From positions 1 through 61,851 of IMG/VR virus record IMGVR_UViG_3300048597_000294: a DNA stretch of 61,851 bases. The stretch is one strand, 5' to 3'. Each line of letters begins with the position of its first letter. The first letter of the stretch is position 1. This stretch comes from a virus (Duplodnaviria; Caudoviricetes). Under the pieces are notes generated by a model, which ran no database searches, was not told the origin of the DNA, and was given only the letters and a program-made list of their open reading frames with translations. Shown one piece after another: positions 27,643 to 37,455 of this stretch. Made by a program: the position numbers and the translations under genes.

Positions 27643-28091
27643 GGGGAGACCTCGCTTCCTCTGCTCGCGCGCTGAATCAGCACCTTGCACCACACGTTCG
27701 GATGCCCCTTCGCGTACACGTCCGCGTCGTTCCATCCGTGGACACTCGCCAAGCCCGCGAGGATCCCGCGCGAACGCGAGATGCCGCCGTAGCACGCGGC
27801 GTAGATCGTCGAGACCTCGCCGCGCCACTTGTTCACGAAGTCCAGCACGTCGATCGCTTGTCCGCGCGTCATGGGCATCGCCACCTGATCGTCCTTTGCC
27901 TCGGGGAACGACCAGCGACCCTCGCCGTCGCAGTCAGAGAACCGCAGGTGCAGCACGGCCCGGAGCGATCCGATCGGCGCGACCTTGTGCAAGCGCCCCG
28001 TGGGGTACGCGATGCAGATCGCAACGCACGGGCTTTGCGCGGTGAGGTCGGCCGCTTCGATTTCGCGGCGCGACATGGCGACGAGCTTCAC
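27639..28091 (-). CDS. Protein-tyrosine/dual-specificity phosphatase-like (CX5R)
   Basis: LHLRFSD and CYGGISRS P-loop. Confidence 0.8.
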   Translation of the reverse strand: MKLVAMSRREIEAADLTAQSPCVAICIAYPTGRLHKVAPIGSLRAVLHLRFSDCDGEGRWSFPEAKDDQVAMPMTRGQAIDVLDFVNKWRGEVSTIYAACYGGISRSRGILAGLASVHGWNDADVYAKGHPNVWCKVLIQRASRGSEVSP

Positions 28092-29842
28092 GGCGCGACC
28101 TCGATGCCCACGGCAGCGAGGGCGGATTGCAGCCGATCCTGGATGCTCGGCTCGCGGTCGAGCCACTCATGGACGAGGCGTTCCAACTCCTGCCCCGTCA
28201 CGCTGCGCTTCGCGGTACCCGGCGAGCAGATGGAGAGCACGGTCGCGACGGCCACCTCGGCGAGCTTCGACTCCGCGTCGGCGCTCCACACCAAGGGGAT
28301 GTGCGGATGCATCGCGCGACGGACCTCGTTCTCCAGGTACGCCGTGTCGACGGTGACGCGCTTCGCCGTGGGGCTCGGCTTCTCGGGCAGCTCGTGCAGG
28401 TTCTGACGCAGCACGCGCTCGATGGCGAGTGCGTTCGGGCTGCCCATCTCCGCGATGACCTGGGCCGCCTTCTCGATCGCGACGCCCCACGTCTGCTTGC
28501 GCTCCAGATCGGCGACTCGGTCGCGAAGCCGCTCGCGCTCCGGGATCGCCTTGTCGAGCAATGCGGCTGCTTCCGCCAGCCGGCCGTGCAAGTAGTCGCG
28601 ATCCTCCCGCAGCTTGCGGACGTCCACGACCAGCGGATCGCTCTCCTTGGCTCCGGGGCCGACGGCCTCTTGGACTTGGGCAAGCAAGTCGGCATACGAG
28701 CGCCGGTCCCTCAGCGCCGCCTCGACGGCGCCGACCAGGCTCCGCTCGACTTGGGGCGAGCCCACGACGGGGCGGAGCGCCTCGGCGATCGCGTCGCGCT
28801 CTGCGACAATCGGGGCGAAGCTGGCGATCGCGGCGTCGGCCTGTCGGTATCGAAGGGCGATGATGTCCTGGCGGCAGTCGTGCAGCGGCGCTACGGCATC
28901 GTTCGGGTGCTTGGCGAGAGCGAGCTGCATCAAGTTCGCCAGCGCCTCGCGGTCGGGCGCGAACGGCGCGGCGGGGGCGGGAGACGGGGCGGGGTCTTTC
29001 GGACCCTGAGGCGTGCTTGTCTCTCGGTCGGCGTGGTGATCGCTAGCCGGGCAGCCGCTTCCACGCTCCATGTTGTGACCCGCTTTCAGACCTGAGTCAC
29101 CGGGCACGCTCGCCCCGTCTCCCTGTTCTCCGATGCACAGCGCGCGGACGGCTGCGGTGATCTTGTCCATGTGTTCGCGCGAGAGCTGCCAGCCAGTGCT
29201 CACACGAGAGAGCATCGACAGGGTGCTCTTGCTGCTCCCTGTGAGCGATCGAAGGATGGCGGTTCCGATCTCTTCGTCGCTCGGAACCGCGCGCGGACGT
29301 GCGCTCGGTCGCGCCGCGTCGAAGCGCAAGCGCCAGTAGCCGTCCACGCTCGGCGGAATCCAGTTGCCAAAGCTGATCGAGCGACCTGTCGCGGCCTCTT
29401 CCACCTCGACGAATCGGCCAGCCTCGGGGCCTGGAGGGCCATCGAAGAGCACGTCGATCTCGCGCTGCTCCACGAACAGCGGAGCGACGCGGGCGATCTC
29501 CTTGCACGTCGCGTGCACACTCGGCGCACCCGCAACCGAAAGCGCGGCACGTTTCTGCTCCTCGCTCCACGTGGAAGGCGGAGACGCGACGGTCTTCCCG
29601 AGGTCCGACGGTCTCGCATCCGCCGCACCACCCGCCGCGTCTCCGTTCAAATCGGCGCCGACCTCCAACGATCGCAGGCTCGGCGCCGTGGACGGCACGG
29701 TGCCGCCCTGTGAGGTGGGCGCGGGAGCCTCCCCGCTCGCCGCGCCCGTGAGGCCCCCCGACCTCTGTTCGAGTTCCTCGCGCACGACCGCACGCGCGAT
29801 CTCGCGGATGTCCAGCACTTGCTCTTCGATGAACGATGACAT
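28088..29842 (-). CDS. Large mosaic hypothetical protein with coiled coils
   Basis: ATG 29842; FDGPPGPEAGRFVEVE module, low-complexity linkers. Confidence 0.65.
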   Translation of the reverse strand: MSSFIEEQVLDIREIARAVVREELEQRSGGLTGAASGEAPAPTSQGGTVPSTAPSLRSLEVGADLNGDAAGGAADARPSDLGKTVASPPSTWSEEQKRAALSVAGAPSVHATCKEIARVAPLFVEQREIDVLFDGPPGPEAGRFVEVEEAATGRSISFGNWIPPSVDGYWRLRFDAARPSARPRAVPSDEEIGTAILRSLTGSSKSTLSMLSRVSTGWQLSREHMDKITAAVRALCIGEQGDGASVPGDSGLKAGHNMERGSGCPASDHHADRETSTPQGPKDPAPSPAPAAPFAPDREALANLMQLALAKHPNDAVAPLHDCRQDIIALRYRQADAAIASFAPIVAERDAIAEALRPVVGSPQVERSLVGAVEAALRDRRSYADLLAQVQEAVGPGAKESDPLVVDVRKLREDRDYLHGRLAEAAALLDKAIPERERLRDRVADLERKQTWGVAIEKAAQVIAEMGSPNALAIERVLRQNLHELPEKPSPTAKRVTVDTAYLENEVRRAMHPHIPLVWSADAESKLAEVAVATVLSICSPGTAKRSVTGQELERLVHEWLDREPSIQDRLQSALAAVGIEVAP

Positions 29843-29844
29843 GC

Positions 29845-30216
29845 TCAGCTCGCCTTCTTCGGTTCGTACACGTTCGACTTCCACAGAACTTTCAACGATC
29901 CATTCGACGACAGTGCGCTTGCCGCGCCGCCCGCTCGGATCCAGCCGTTGCGCTTCGCTGCCTGGATCACCGCGCCCCACGCTCGTCCATCCGCTCCCGC
30001 CGGCGTCGGGCAGAGCTTGCGCACGTCCTCCGCGAGGAACGTCTCGTGCTCGAGCGCGAACTGGCGCACGGCCTCGAGCGCGCGTTCATTCCAGCCGTCG
30101 CTCACGCGCTCGGCCTTCGTCGCGGCTCGCGTCATGCCGACCTCGGCGCGCAGCTTCGCGTTCTCGCGCGCGAGGCGCTCAGGGTCGAAGAGGTCGGGCT
30201 GGCGGATGTCAGCCAC
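29845..30216 (-). CDS. Hypothetical phage protein
   Basis: FLAEDVR...RAWGAVIQAAKRNGWI pattern. Confidence 0.7.
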   Translation of the reverse strand: MADIRQPDLFDPERLARENAKLRAEVGMTRAATKAERVSDGWNERALEAVRQFALEHETFLAEDVRKLCPTPAGADGRAWGAVIQAAKRNGWIRAGGAASALSSNGSLKVLWKSNVYEPKKAS

Positions 30217-30811
30217 GGCTCGCCTCCACGCGCTCGAACGTGATCGCCCACACCCACGGGTTCGATGCCCACGGCGCGCGCTTGCCGTTGATCGAGTCCC
30301 ACAGGCTCTCGAAGATGCACTCCGGGGGGAGATCGTCGTCGTGGATGCCCTCGGCGCACGCGTCATCCGCGCTGATATCCTGCAACCGCTGCACGCGCAC
30401 GTCAGTCACGCGCAGCGTCAGACGCGAGGCGCGGCGCGGCATGTGGATCGACGGACGCCAGCGGTCGATCTCGTCGTGCAGCGGATCGTCGTCCTGGTAG
30501 TCGGCTCGGTAGAAACACCCGGAGGCGAGTGCATGCAATCCGGGATCCCTGCCGCGATAGGACGCACGCGGCGCCCACGTCTCGCGCACCCACAACGTCT
30601 CGCCAGCCGTGCCGTGGGGGCACCAGTACTGTGCGGCGAGTCGACGCCAGTCGGCGTCCTCGACGTTGCCAGGAGTCCAGCCATCGCGGCCGCTCGTCCC
30701 ACGTCGCGTTTGCATCCGCTCGACGTTGAGCACGCGCCGCGTCTGCGTCTTGCGCCCTTCGAGGATCGCGCGGACCATCGGAGCGGAAAAGAGAATGGGC
30801 TTTTCAGCCAC
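30209..30811 (-). CDS. ASCH-like conserved phage protein
   Basis: PILFSAPMVRAILEGRKTQTRR, LWVRETW, WRPSIHMPR, NPWVWAITF. Confidence 0.85.
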   Translation of the reverse strand: MAEKPILFSAPMVRAILEGRKTQTRRVLNVERMQTRRGTSGRDGWTPGNVEDADWRRLAAQYWCPHGTAGETLWVRETWAPRASYRGRDPGLHALASGCFYRADYQDDDPLHDEIDRWRPSIHMPRRASRLTLRVTDVRVQRLQDISADDACAEGIHDDDLPPECIFESLWDSINGKRAPWASNPWVWAITFERVEASRG

Positions 30812-31070
30812 GCTTCGCCTCCCGGTACGCGCGGACGGTGACGTGAACGCGCTTGTACGCCTCGCCCATGTTGCGGCCCCGGTTCTTGTCTCCCCAACGG
30901 TCCGCGTCGACGTACGCCTCCGCTGCCTCCACGACCGGATGCGCTGCGACAAGCTCGCGCGCCATCGCGCACTTGGGGTTCGCGCACGGTTGGTCGTCGA
31001 AGATCCGGCACGCCTCGGCTTCGCCGCGTGCCAGCGCGTAGACGTCAGAGGTCGTGACTTCGGCGCTCAC
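30804..31070 (-). CDS. Hypothetical protein
   Basis: Fills the operon gap with overlapping start/stop. Confidence 0.55.
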   Translation of the reverse strand: MSAEVTTSDVYALARGEAEACRIFDDQPCANPKCAMARELVAAHPVVEAAEAYVDADRWGDKNRGRNMGEAYKRVHVTVRAYREAKRG

Positions 31071-31249
31071 AGCCACCCCCAAGCGCACACGAGCGCGACG
31101 ACGAGCGAGGCGATCACCCCGAGGGCGAGCCACAACACGGCCGCCATCCAGTCGTCACGGTGGTACGCCTGCGCGACCTTCCACCCCATCACGCACGCAA
31201 TGGCGATCACCAGCGCGAGCCACACGGGGATCGTGAACGTGGAGTCCAT
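31067..31249 (-). CDS. Small 2-TM membrane protein
   Basis: GAGGAG RBS; two hydrophobic helices. Confidence 0.65.
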   Translation of the reverse strand: MDSTFTIPVWLALVIAIACVMGWKVAQAYHRDDWMAAVLWLALGVIASLVVALVCAWGWL

Positions 31250-31270
31250 CACGCGCTCCTCGGCGAAGGC

Positions 31271-31314
31271 AAAACGGTCGCGACGAGCAGATTTCGGCCA
31301 CCCGCCGCGACCGT
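31271..31314 (-). terminator. Intrinsic terminator/attenuator-like hairpin inside the leftward operon
   Basis: ACGGTCGCGGCGGG...CTCGTCGCGACCGT followed by TTT on the minus strand. Confidence 0.6.
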
Positions 31315-31381
31315 ACGGTGTTGCCAGGGCAATGTGGTCCAAACCCCGACCCCGAGAACTTGACCGATCGTGGTAGCGGAA

Positions 31382-31615
31382 TCAAGCAACATCGTTCTTC
31401 TTCTTCCGCCCGTACAGCTCCTCCAGGGTGATGCCCAGCCCGTCCGCGAGACGGTCGGGATTGCGCGGCGACGACACGAGGCCCGCCTCGATCTTCTGAA
31501 TCGTGGCCTCGGTGCAGCCCACGCGTGTCGCGAGTGCGCGGTGCGTCAGATCCAGTTCCTTCCGGCGCGCGCGCACGATCGCGGCGATGGTGCGGGCCCT
31601 CGTGAGGTTCGTCAC
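31382..31615 (-). CDS. XRE-family HTH regulator (Cro-like)
   Basis: VRARRKELDLTHRALATRVGCTEATIQKIEAG. Confidence 0.88.
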   Translation of the reverse strand: MTNLTRARTIAAIVRARRKELDLTHRALATRVGCTEATIQKIEAGLVSSPRNPDRLADGLGITLEELYGRKKKNDVA

Positions 31616-33138
31616 TGGAAGGCCTCCGCGCGCAGGTCGCCGTCGTCCGCCGACGCGGTGAGGATGATGAGGCCCTCCTCGCGGGCCATGCGGTCGACCT
31701 CGTGCTGCGTCGTGGGGTCGAGCGCGTCCCACCCCTCCTGGCGGCACGTGAGGAGTCCGCGCGTGCGGTCCGAGATCGCGCGCGACGAGATGTTGATGGC
31801 CCACCGCCAGCGCTCGCCGTGCGACAGCTCGTCGAACGGTTCGAGGCCGCGGTCGGTCTCGACCACCAACATGCCCTCGTGCACGGACATCCCTTGCGGG
31901 CAGACCTTGGCGAGCGCGGCCGTGATGACCAGCTCGCAGCCGCGGGCGGCGTCGCGCAGGCGTTCGGCGCGCGACAGCGCCTCGCCAGCTTGCTCGGCCT
32001 TGGCGCGGGCTCGCTGGCGCTGCTCGATGGCGCGGCGCACGACCTCGGCGCGTTGGAGTGTCGTGCGCGCGGCGGTCTGGCGCTTCTCCAGGGCGGCGAT
32101 CGACTCGGGGTCGACGTCGGCCGCGGACTCCGCCGCGGTGACCGCCTGCTGGAGTTGCTTGCGGCGCGTGAAGTCCTCGAACGCCTGTTCGACGGCGGCG
32201 CTCGCGTTCTTCTCGGCGGTCTGCGCGGCGCGCATCTCGGCCTTGGCCTCGGCCTCCTCCTGCTCGGCTTGCCGCAGCGCCGCGCGAGCTGCCGATGCAC
32301 GTTCCGTCGCGTCGTCTGCCGCCTTGACCGCGAGCTCCGATTTCGTCTTCGCTTCCGCGAGCGCTTCCTCGGCTGCCTTCCCGGCGTCGACCGTGCCCTT
32401 CGTGCCGTAGCTATCGAGCGTCTCCCTCGCGCGCTTCGCCGCGGCGCGCAGCTCGTCCGCGTTCCGTTGCCGGCCGCGCAGCTCGCCCAACTCCGCGCTC
32501 GCCGATTCGAGCTCGATCTGTAGCGCGCGCTCGTCGAGCAGCTCCGTTTCGGGCACGTCCTGGGCGGCGCTGGCGATGCCGTTCGCTTCGTTCTGGATGT
32601 TGCCGGCCTCGGCTTCGGCCGCGCGCGCGGCGGCCTCGAAGTCCCGCTTCACGGCAGCGGCCACGCTGGGCACGTCGCCCTTCTCCAAGGACGACGCCTT
32701 CACGACCCGCTCGAACTCGTCGACGCTTCCGGCGAGCTTCACGAACGGTTCGCGTTCCACCTGGGCGCCCGCGATCTTGCACAGCGCACGGATGCGCTCC
32801 GCGTGTGCGGCGCCGCGGTCCTTGATGCCGGGGTCCACGAGCAGGGACGGGTCCGGGCCTTCGAGCCCGACCACCTCGCACTCGCCGGCTGCGCTCTTGC
32901 GACGCCCGACGTGGACGCGCGCGCCGAAGCCCTCGACCATCGCGCCCAGCGCGCCGTCGCGCGTGCGCACGTCGCCGTTCCCGGTCACGAGGGCGTTCAC
33001 GGCCTCGAGCGCCGTCGACTTGCCCGAGCCGTTGCGGCCTCGCAGCACGATCACCCCGCCCTCGCCCGGCTCCGGCACCGCGATGGTGAGGGCCTCGATC
33101 GCGCCCACGTCCTTCAGCTTGATCTCGCGCTTGACCAT
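31612..33138 (-). CDS. SMC/Rad50-like ATPase with coiled coil
   Basis: GRNGSGKST Walker A, long coiled coil, LSHGE signature. Confidence 0.85.
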   Translation of the reverse strand: MVKREIKLKDVGAIEALTIAVPEPGEGGVIVLRGRNGSGKSTALEAVNALVTGNGDVRTRDGALGAMVEGFGARVHVGRRKSAAGECEVVGLEGPDPSLLVDPGIKDRGAAHAERIRALCKIAGAQVEREPFVKLAGSVDEFERVVKASSLEKGDVPSVAAAVKRDFEAAARAAEAEAGNIQNEANGIASAAQDVPETELLDERALQIELESASAELGELRGRQRNADELRAAAKRARETLDSYGTKGTVDAGKAAEEALAEAKTKSELAVKAADDATERASAARAALRQAEQEEAEAKAEMRAAQTAEKNASAAVEQAFEDFTRRKQLQQAVTAAESAADVDPESIAALEKRQTAARTTLQRAEVVRRAIEQRQRARAKAEQAGEALSRAERLRDAARGCELVITAALAKVCPQGMSVHEGMLVVETDRGLEPFDELSHGERWRWAINISSRAISDRTRGLLTCRQEGWDALDPTTQHEVDRMAREEGLIILTASADDGDLRAEAFQ

Positions 33139-33141
33139 GGA

Positions 33142-34203
33142 TCAGCCCTCGAAGCGCGACTGACCGCGCGGCTTGGCGTTGGTGGGGGCGGGTTCGGCCT
33201 TGACCTCGCGCGGCGCGGGCTTCGCGTCGGGCTTCGCTTCCTCGGCCTTGGGCTCGGTCTTGGTGGCGTTGGCCTTGGCCGCCATGCGGTCGGCGAGCGA
33301 CCCGTTGCCGTTCGCGTCGATCGGACCGGCCTGCGGCTGCGCGCCGCGCTCGGCCCGGATGGCGTCCATCACTTCGGCCCAGGTGGTCTCCTTGTCCTTC
33401 AGCGCGTGGTACATCGAACGCGCCGAGTCGATCTCCTCGGGCGTGATCTCTTCGAGGGAGTGGCCGAAGTACTCAGCGAGCTGGGTCGCCTTGATGCCGA
33501 GGTCGCCGAACGCGTCGACGAGCTTCTTGAGCGCGAGCGCCGGGTCCTTCTTCACCTCACCCCGCCGCGTCTCGTAGCACTGCTCGATCGCCTCCTCTTG
33601 GAGGTCGCCGGGGATCACCCGCAGGAGGCAGGAGCGCATCGCCTTGCTGCACAGCGCGTTCTCCTTGTCCAGGATCTCGTCGGAGGTCGCCTCGATGATG
33701 AAGACGTCCCGTCCCTTGGAGTTCTTGCGCGTGCCCAGGATCTTGCGCCCAGGCGGCGGGCTGGAGCGCTCGATCGTCTTCTCGATCGTGACGTCCTTCG
33801 GGTACGTGATGTTGGCTTCGAGGTCCGTCACCGAGACGCGCACGATGCGCTTCTGGACGTCGTCGTAGATCGCGGTGACCTCGGCGAGGATGTTGCCCAT
33901 CGCGCGCGCAGCGGCCTCCGCGAAGCGGATGCTGGGACCCTTGACGCCGTCCCCGACGGGCTTGTTGTAGATCGCGGCCTCCGCGAACAGCGGGCGCTTG
34001 CAGTCGGCGAGCAGCTTCTGCCGCACGATCATCAGGTCGCGCGGGCGTTGCAGCGCCATGATGTAACGCGCGCTGACGGCGGCCTTCGCCTGCTCGGCGA
34101 GCGCGACGGACGAGGTCTCAGCGACGCGCGCGAGCGACGTCTCACCGAATCCTGCGCGCGCCTCTTGGCCGGCGTCCACGCGTTGGGGTTGTTCCTGGTA
34201 CAT
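33142..34203 (-). CDS. Putative single-strand annealing/recombination protein
   Basis: RPRD...GPSIRFAE..ARAMGNI; directly downstream of YqaJ exonuclease. Confidence 0.6.
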   Translation of the reverse strand: MYQEQPQRVDAGQEARAGFGETSLARVAETSSVALAEQAKAAVSARYIMALQRPRDLMIVRQKLLADCKRPLFAEAAIYNKPVGDGVKGPSIRFAEAAARAMGNILAEVTAIYDDVQKRIVRVSVTDLEANITYPKDVTIEKTIERSSPPPGRKILGTRKNSKGRDVFIIEATSDEILDKENALCSKAMRSCLLRVIPGDLQEEAIEQCYETRRGEVKKDPALALKKLVDAFGDLGIKATQLAEYFGHSLEEITPEEIDSARSMYHALKDKETTWAEVMDAIRAERGAQPQAGPIDANGNGSLADRMAAKANATKTEPKAEEAKPDAKPAPREVKAEPAPTNAKPRGQSRFEG

Positions 34204-34211
34204 GGGTTCTC

Positions 34212-35204
34212 TCACTTCCGCTTCGTGGTCTTGGGGGACTTGGGTGCGCTGAATCGGAGGTCGCGGTACTTCGTCGCGCCGACGGAATAGGCGTCCTTCT
34301 CGATGGTCTTGAGGCTGTATGTGCCTCGTCCGTTCGGCAGGACGCCGAACGTGTTCTTGCCGATCGCGTCCTTGAGCAGCGTTCGCACGCGCTGGTACTC
34401 GGCCTCGGTGTTCGACTTGAGCGCGGCCAGCTCTCGTTCGCGCTCGGCGAGCGCGGCAACCTCGTCGGACAGGACGATCGACTGGCCGTTGTCGTCGGGG
34501 TGGAGGATCTTCAGCGTCTTCGCGCTGCTCTCGGATCCGTCTGCCGGCGGTGCGTCGTTCTCCTGAACGCGCCGCCAGAACTCACGCTCGAGCTGCACGA
34601 GCGGATCGATCGGAGCCGCTGCGCGTTCGACGCGCGGGGAGATGAACAGCTTGTTCCCGCCGACGAGGCCCGCGACCAGGGCGCTCGGGATCGACGTGGC
34701 GACCGCGAGTTGGTGCGACACCTGGAGCAGGTGGTGCTCGGGGAACTTGCCGTCCTCCCACTCGTCGCGGTGCCACTCGCCCGTGGTCTTCGCCTCGATC
34801 GCGACGAGCTCACCATTGCCCGCGACCGCGATCCCGTCGAGTGTTGCGCTCATCCACGGGTGGATGCGGCTGCGCAGGAAGAGCTGGCGCCCCTCGACGA
34901 CACCGACGATGTCGAAATCGTCGTGGCCGCGCAGCCTCGTGATGGCCGGGCCCACGTCGAGTAGGTCGAGGCCCTCGCGCCGGCACGTCTCCTTGACGAT
35001 CGCGGGCTCGTGCACGTTGCCCCAGAAGATGTGCTCGACGTCCGACAGGTCGGGCGCCTCGACGAGCCCGGTCTTGTACGACCACAGCTCGATCGCGGAC
35101 TGGTAGGGGGATTCTCCGCAGGCGGCGGCGGCCTCGCTCGCGCCGAGCGTCTCGCGTCGGAGGGCGAGCCACTCGTCGCGGCTGAGTTCGCGGATGGTCG
35201 TCAC
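34212..35204 (-). CDS. YqaJ-like viral recombinase exonuclease
   Basis: EWLALRRETLGASE..SPYQS..LW; ATLDG; IEAKT; QVSHQL. Confidence 0.92.
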   Translation of the reverse strand: MTTIRELSRDEWLALRRETLGASEAAAACGESPYQSAIELWSYKTGLVEAPDLSDVEHIFWGNVHEPAIVKETCRREGLDLLDVGPAITRLRGHDDFDIVGVVEGRQLFLRSRIHPWMSATLDGIAVAGNGELVAIEAKTTGEWHRDEWEDGKFPEHHLLQVSHQLAVATSIPSALVAGLVGGNKLFISPRVERAAAPIDPLVQLEREFWRRVQENDAPPADGSESSAKTLKILHPDDNGQSIVLSDEVAALAERERELAALKSNTEAEYQRVRTLLKDAIGKNTFGVLPNGRGTYSLKTIEKDAYSVGATKYRDLRFSAPKSPKTTKRK

Positions 35205-35521
35205 TCCTCGCACTCCTGCAGGCAGTCGCAAGGGACGCCCTCGTGGTTGCGGTGTCCGCAGTGGCCACCATGTTCTTCGTGGCCACACGCGCACAGGATC
35301 GTTGCGCCAGCCTGGAGCGCGTTCCCGATGCAAGAGGCCGGGATGCGGAAGCCGCAGATCACACAGTAGGCGTCGGGCTGGCCACCGAAGCCATCGGCGC
35401 GCCTGGCGTACACGTGGCGGTGCGGGCGCCGGGCTTCCGCAATGCGGGCCCGTGAGCCCAGTTCTTGCGCACGACCTGCGGGGTCGACGTCTTCGAGGGG
35501 ATGCGTGTCGTTTTGGACCAT
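35201..35521 (-). CDS. Cys/His-rich small protein, first gene of leftward operon
   Basis: CVIC, CACGH, HCGH, CDC. Confidence 0.6.
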   Translation of the reverse strand: MVQNDTHPLEDVDPAGRAQELGSRARIAEARRPHRHVYARRADGFGGQPDAYCVICGFRIPASCIGNALQAGATILCACGHEEHGGHCGHRNHEGVPCDCLQECEE

Positions 35522-35688
35522 GGCGTAGGCGCGTCCTTGGCGCGCGATTCGTTACCAACGTTTCTACGCCAACATATCACGATCGTTCAACACCGATCCG
35601 GATAATCCGCTAGGCTGTTGCCAAATGGCCACGCATTCGTCACTTATGGCGCCCGTCGCGACCCGCCCCCGCGACGGAGAACCCGCCA
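35522..35688. promoter_or_regulatory. Divergent control region (immunity switch)
   Basis: AT-richer intergenic between leftward early operon and XRE repressor. Confidence 0.6.
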
Positions 35689-35967
35689 ATGCCTGGGAAG
35701 AAGAAGACCGGATCCGCCTCGAAGGCCCCCGTCGTGCCGAAGTTCGGCCTCGACGGGGCTCGCGTGTTCGAGCGGCGGAAACACCTGAAGCTGTCGCAGA
35801 TGGATCTGGCCATGCGCCTCAACGCGCACGGCTGGAAGGCGACGCCGCAGGTGATCTCCCGTGTGGAGAACGGTCACAAGGACTTGGTCTCGGGGTGTGT
35901 CGCGGCCTACGCGCGCGCCCTGGAATGCTCCTCGGACTTCTTACTGCGGCTCAACGAGAAGCCCTGA
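35689..35967 (+). CDS. XRE-family repressor (no peptidase domain)
   Basis: RRKHLKLSQMDLA...ISRVENG...ARALECSSDFLL. Confidence 0.88.
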   Translation: MPGKKKTGSASKAPVVPKFGLDGARVFERRKHLKLSQMDLAMRLNAHGWKATPQVISRVENGHKDLVSGCVAAYARALECSSDFLLRLNEKP

Positions 35968-36052
35968 AACCAAGTCTATCCCGCCGGTTAGATCCGCCCG
36001 CGACGCCGCGCTCCCCACACGGCGTTGTTATCTACACCTGGGAGTTGCTCGC

Positions 36053-37225
36053 ATGAACGGTCGAGGGCCGGGGCGCGGAACGCTGCGTCCCGTGATAGAT
36101 GCTATGGGCCTGCGTGTGTGGCAGGCGGACTGGCGCGGCGCGGACGGGCGCAGACATCGCAGGGTCCTGGGAGCGAACCGACGCGATGCGGAGCGGGCCC
36201 TGGCCAAGCTCATCGCGGAACGCGATTCTGAGCTCAACGGCGTGGCGCGGGTCTCCGGGCTCGACCTTCCGATCGCGGAAATCGTCGACCACTACCTCGA
36301 GCACCTGCGCGCGACCGCACGAAAGCAGACCGCCCACGACGCCGAGGTCGCTCTCCGCAGGATTGTCCGGGATGCACCCCTCCGGTTCGTCCGTGACGTC
36401 TCGAAAGCGCGCATCATGGCCTGGCGAGGCCGGCGGGTGCACGGCGGGATCAGCCACAAGACCGCGAACACAGAGGTCGCGACTCTCCAGGCGGCCCTCA
36501 ACCACGCGATCAAGTACGACCGAATCGCCTCGAACCCGCTGCTCGGGCTGGAGACGCTCCCCACGACCGAGCCGTACCGCAAGCGCATCGCACGCGCGCT
36601 GACGGACGCGGAGGCGGTCAAGATCGTCTACGCCGCATCCGTCTACGACAGCACGCACTCGGGCCTGCCGCGAACGCCGATGCTCCGGACGCTCATCGAG
36701 ACGGGGGCCCGCTGGAACGAAGTCCGCTCCGCCACGTGGGGCGACCTGGACTTCGATGTCGGCCAGATCCGGTACCGGGCGGTAACCACGAAGACGAAAC
36801 ACGAGCGAATCGTGCCGATCATGCCGTCCTTGCTCGACCTGTTGGCGGACCTGCGCCAACAGCAGACGATCCGGATGGGGGTCGAGCCGCGGCAGGAGGA
36901 TGCCATCTTCTTGACACCGGAGGGCAAGAACTGGCCCAGGAACGGCGCGCGCTTCCGGGAGTGGCTGGCGAAGATCCTGGTGCGCGCCGGGGTCCGCAAG
37001 GTGGACGTTTACGGCAAGGTTCTGCACATCCACGCCATGCGGCACACGTTCACGACCCGGATGATTTTGGGCGGAGTCCCGATCCCCATCGTGGCCGCGA
37101 TGACCGGCCACAGGTGCTACCAGACGTTGTGGGGGACCTACGTCCATCTCGCGACGGCCGACGCGAGGAAAGCGATGAAGGCCTTGCCTCCGTTGCCGTA
37201 CGACGGCAATGTTCCTCCTGTCTAG
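36053..37225 (+). CDS. int: Tyrosine integrase
   Basis: TGARWNE, TTKT, HAMRHTF, TGH, Y catalytic residues. Confidence 0.95.
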   Translation: MNGRGPGRGTLRPVIDAMGLRVWQADWRGADGRRHRRVLGANRRDAERALAKLIAERDSELNGVARVSGLDLPIAEIVDHYLEHLRATARKQTAHDAEVALRRIVRDAPLRFVRDVSKARIMAWRGRRVHGGISHKTANTEVATLQAALNHAIKYDRIASNPLLGLETLPTTEPYRKRIARALTDAEAVKIVYAASVYDSTHSGLPRTPMLRTLIETGARWNEVRSATWGDLDFDVGQIRYRAVTTKTKHERIVPIMPSLLDLLADLRQQQTIRMGVEPRQEDAIFLTPEGKNWPRNGARFREWLAKILVRAGVRKVDVYGKVLHIHAMRHTFTTRMILGGVPIPIVAAMTGHRCYQTLWGTYVHLATADARKAMKALPPLPYDGNVPPV

Positions 37226-37305
37226 CGCGAGCGCTTGTTCAGACGCGCGCGCAGTGGCAATGCGGAAAAGGCCTGATTTCCTCGGTGAAAACCGCAGGAA
37301 GTGAG

Positions 37306-37338
37306 TGGTGGGCGATACTGGACTCGAACCAGTGACCC
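37306..37338 (-). other. attP core: 3' end of a host tRNA (Val-like)
   Basis: Minus strand GGGTCACTGGTTCGAGTCCAGTATCGCCCACCA (T-arm, acceptor, CCA) with no 5' half, 80 nt after int. Confidence 0.85.
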
Positions 37339-37455
37339 TGGCAGCGAGCCAGTGCCTACCTACCACCCACGGGGTCTCGACCAAGTTTCCACGGACCGGG
37401 TAGCGCGGTTGCTTCCCGAATTCTGGACGCCCGAAGGCATGAGCCTGGCGTCACG

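Noticed and set aside
37306-37380. Complete third tRNA gene
   Set aside because: Only the T-arm and acceptor 3' strand are present; no matching 5' strand or D-arm, so it is called attP
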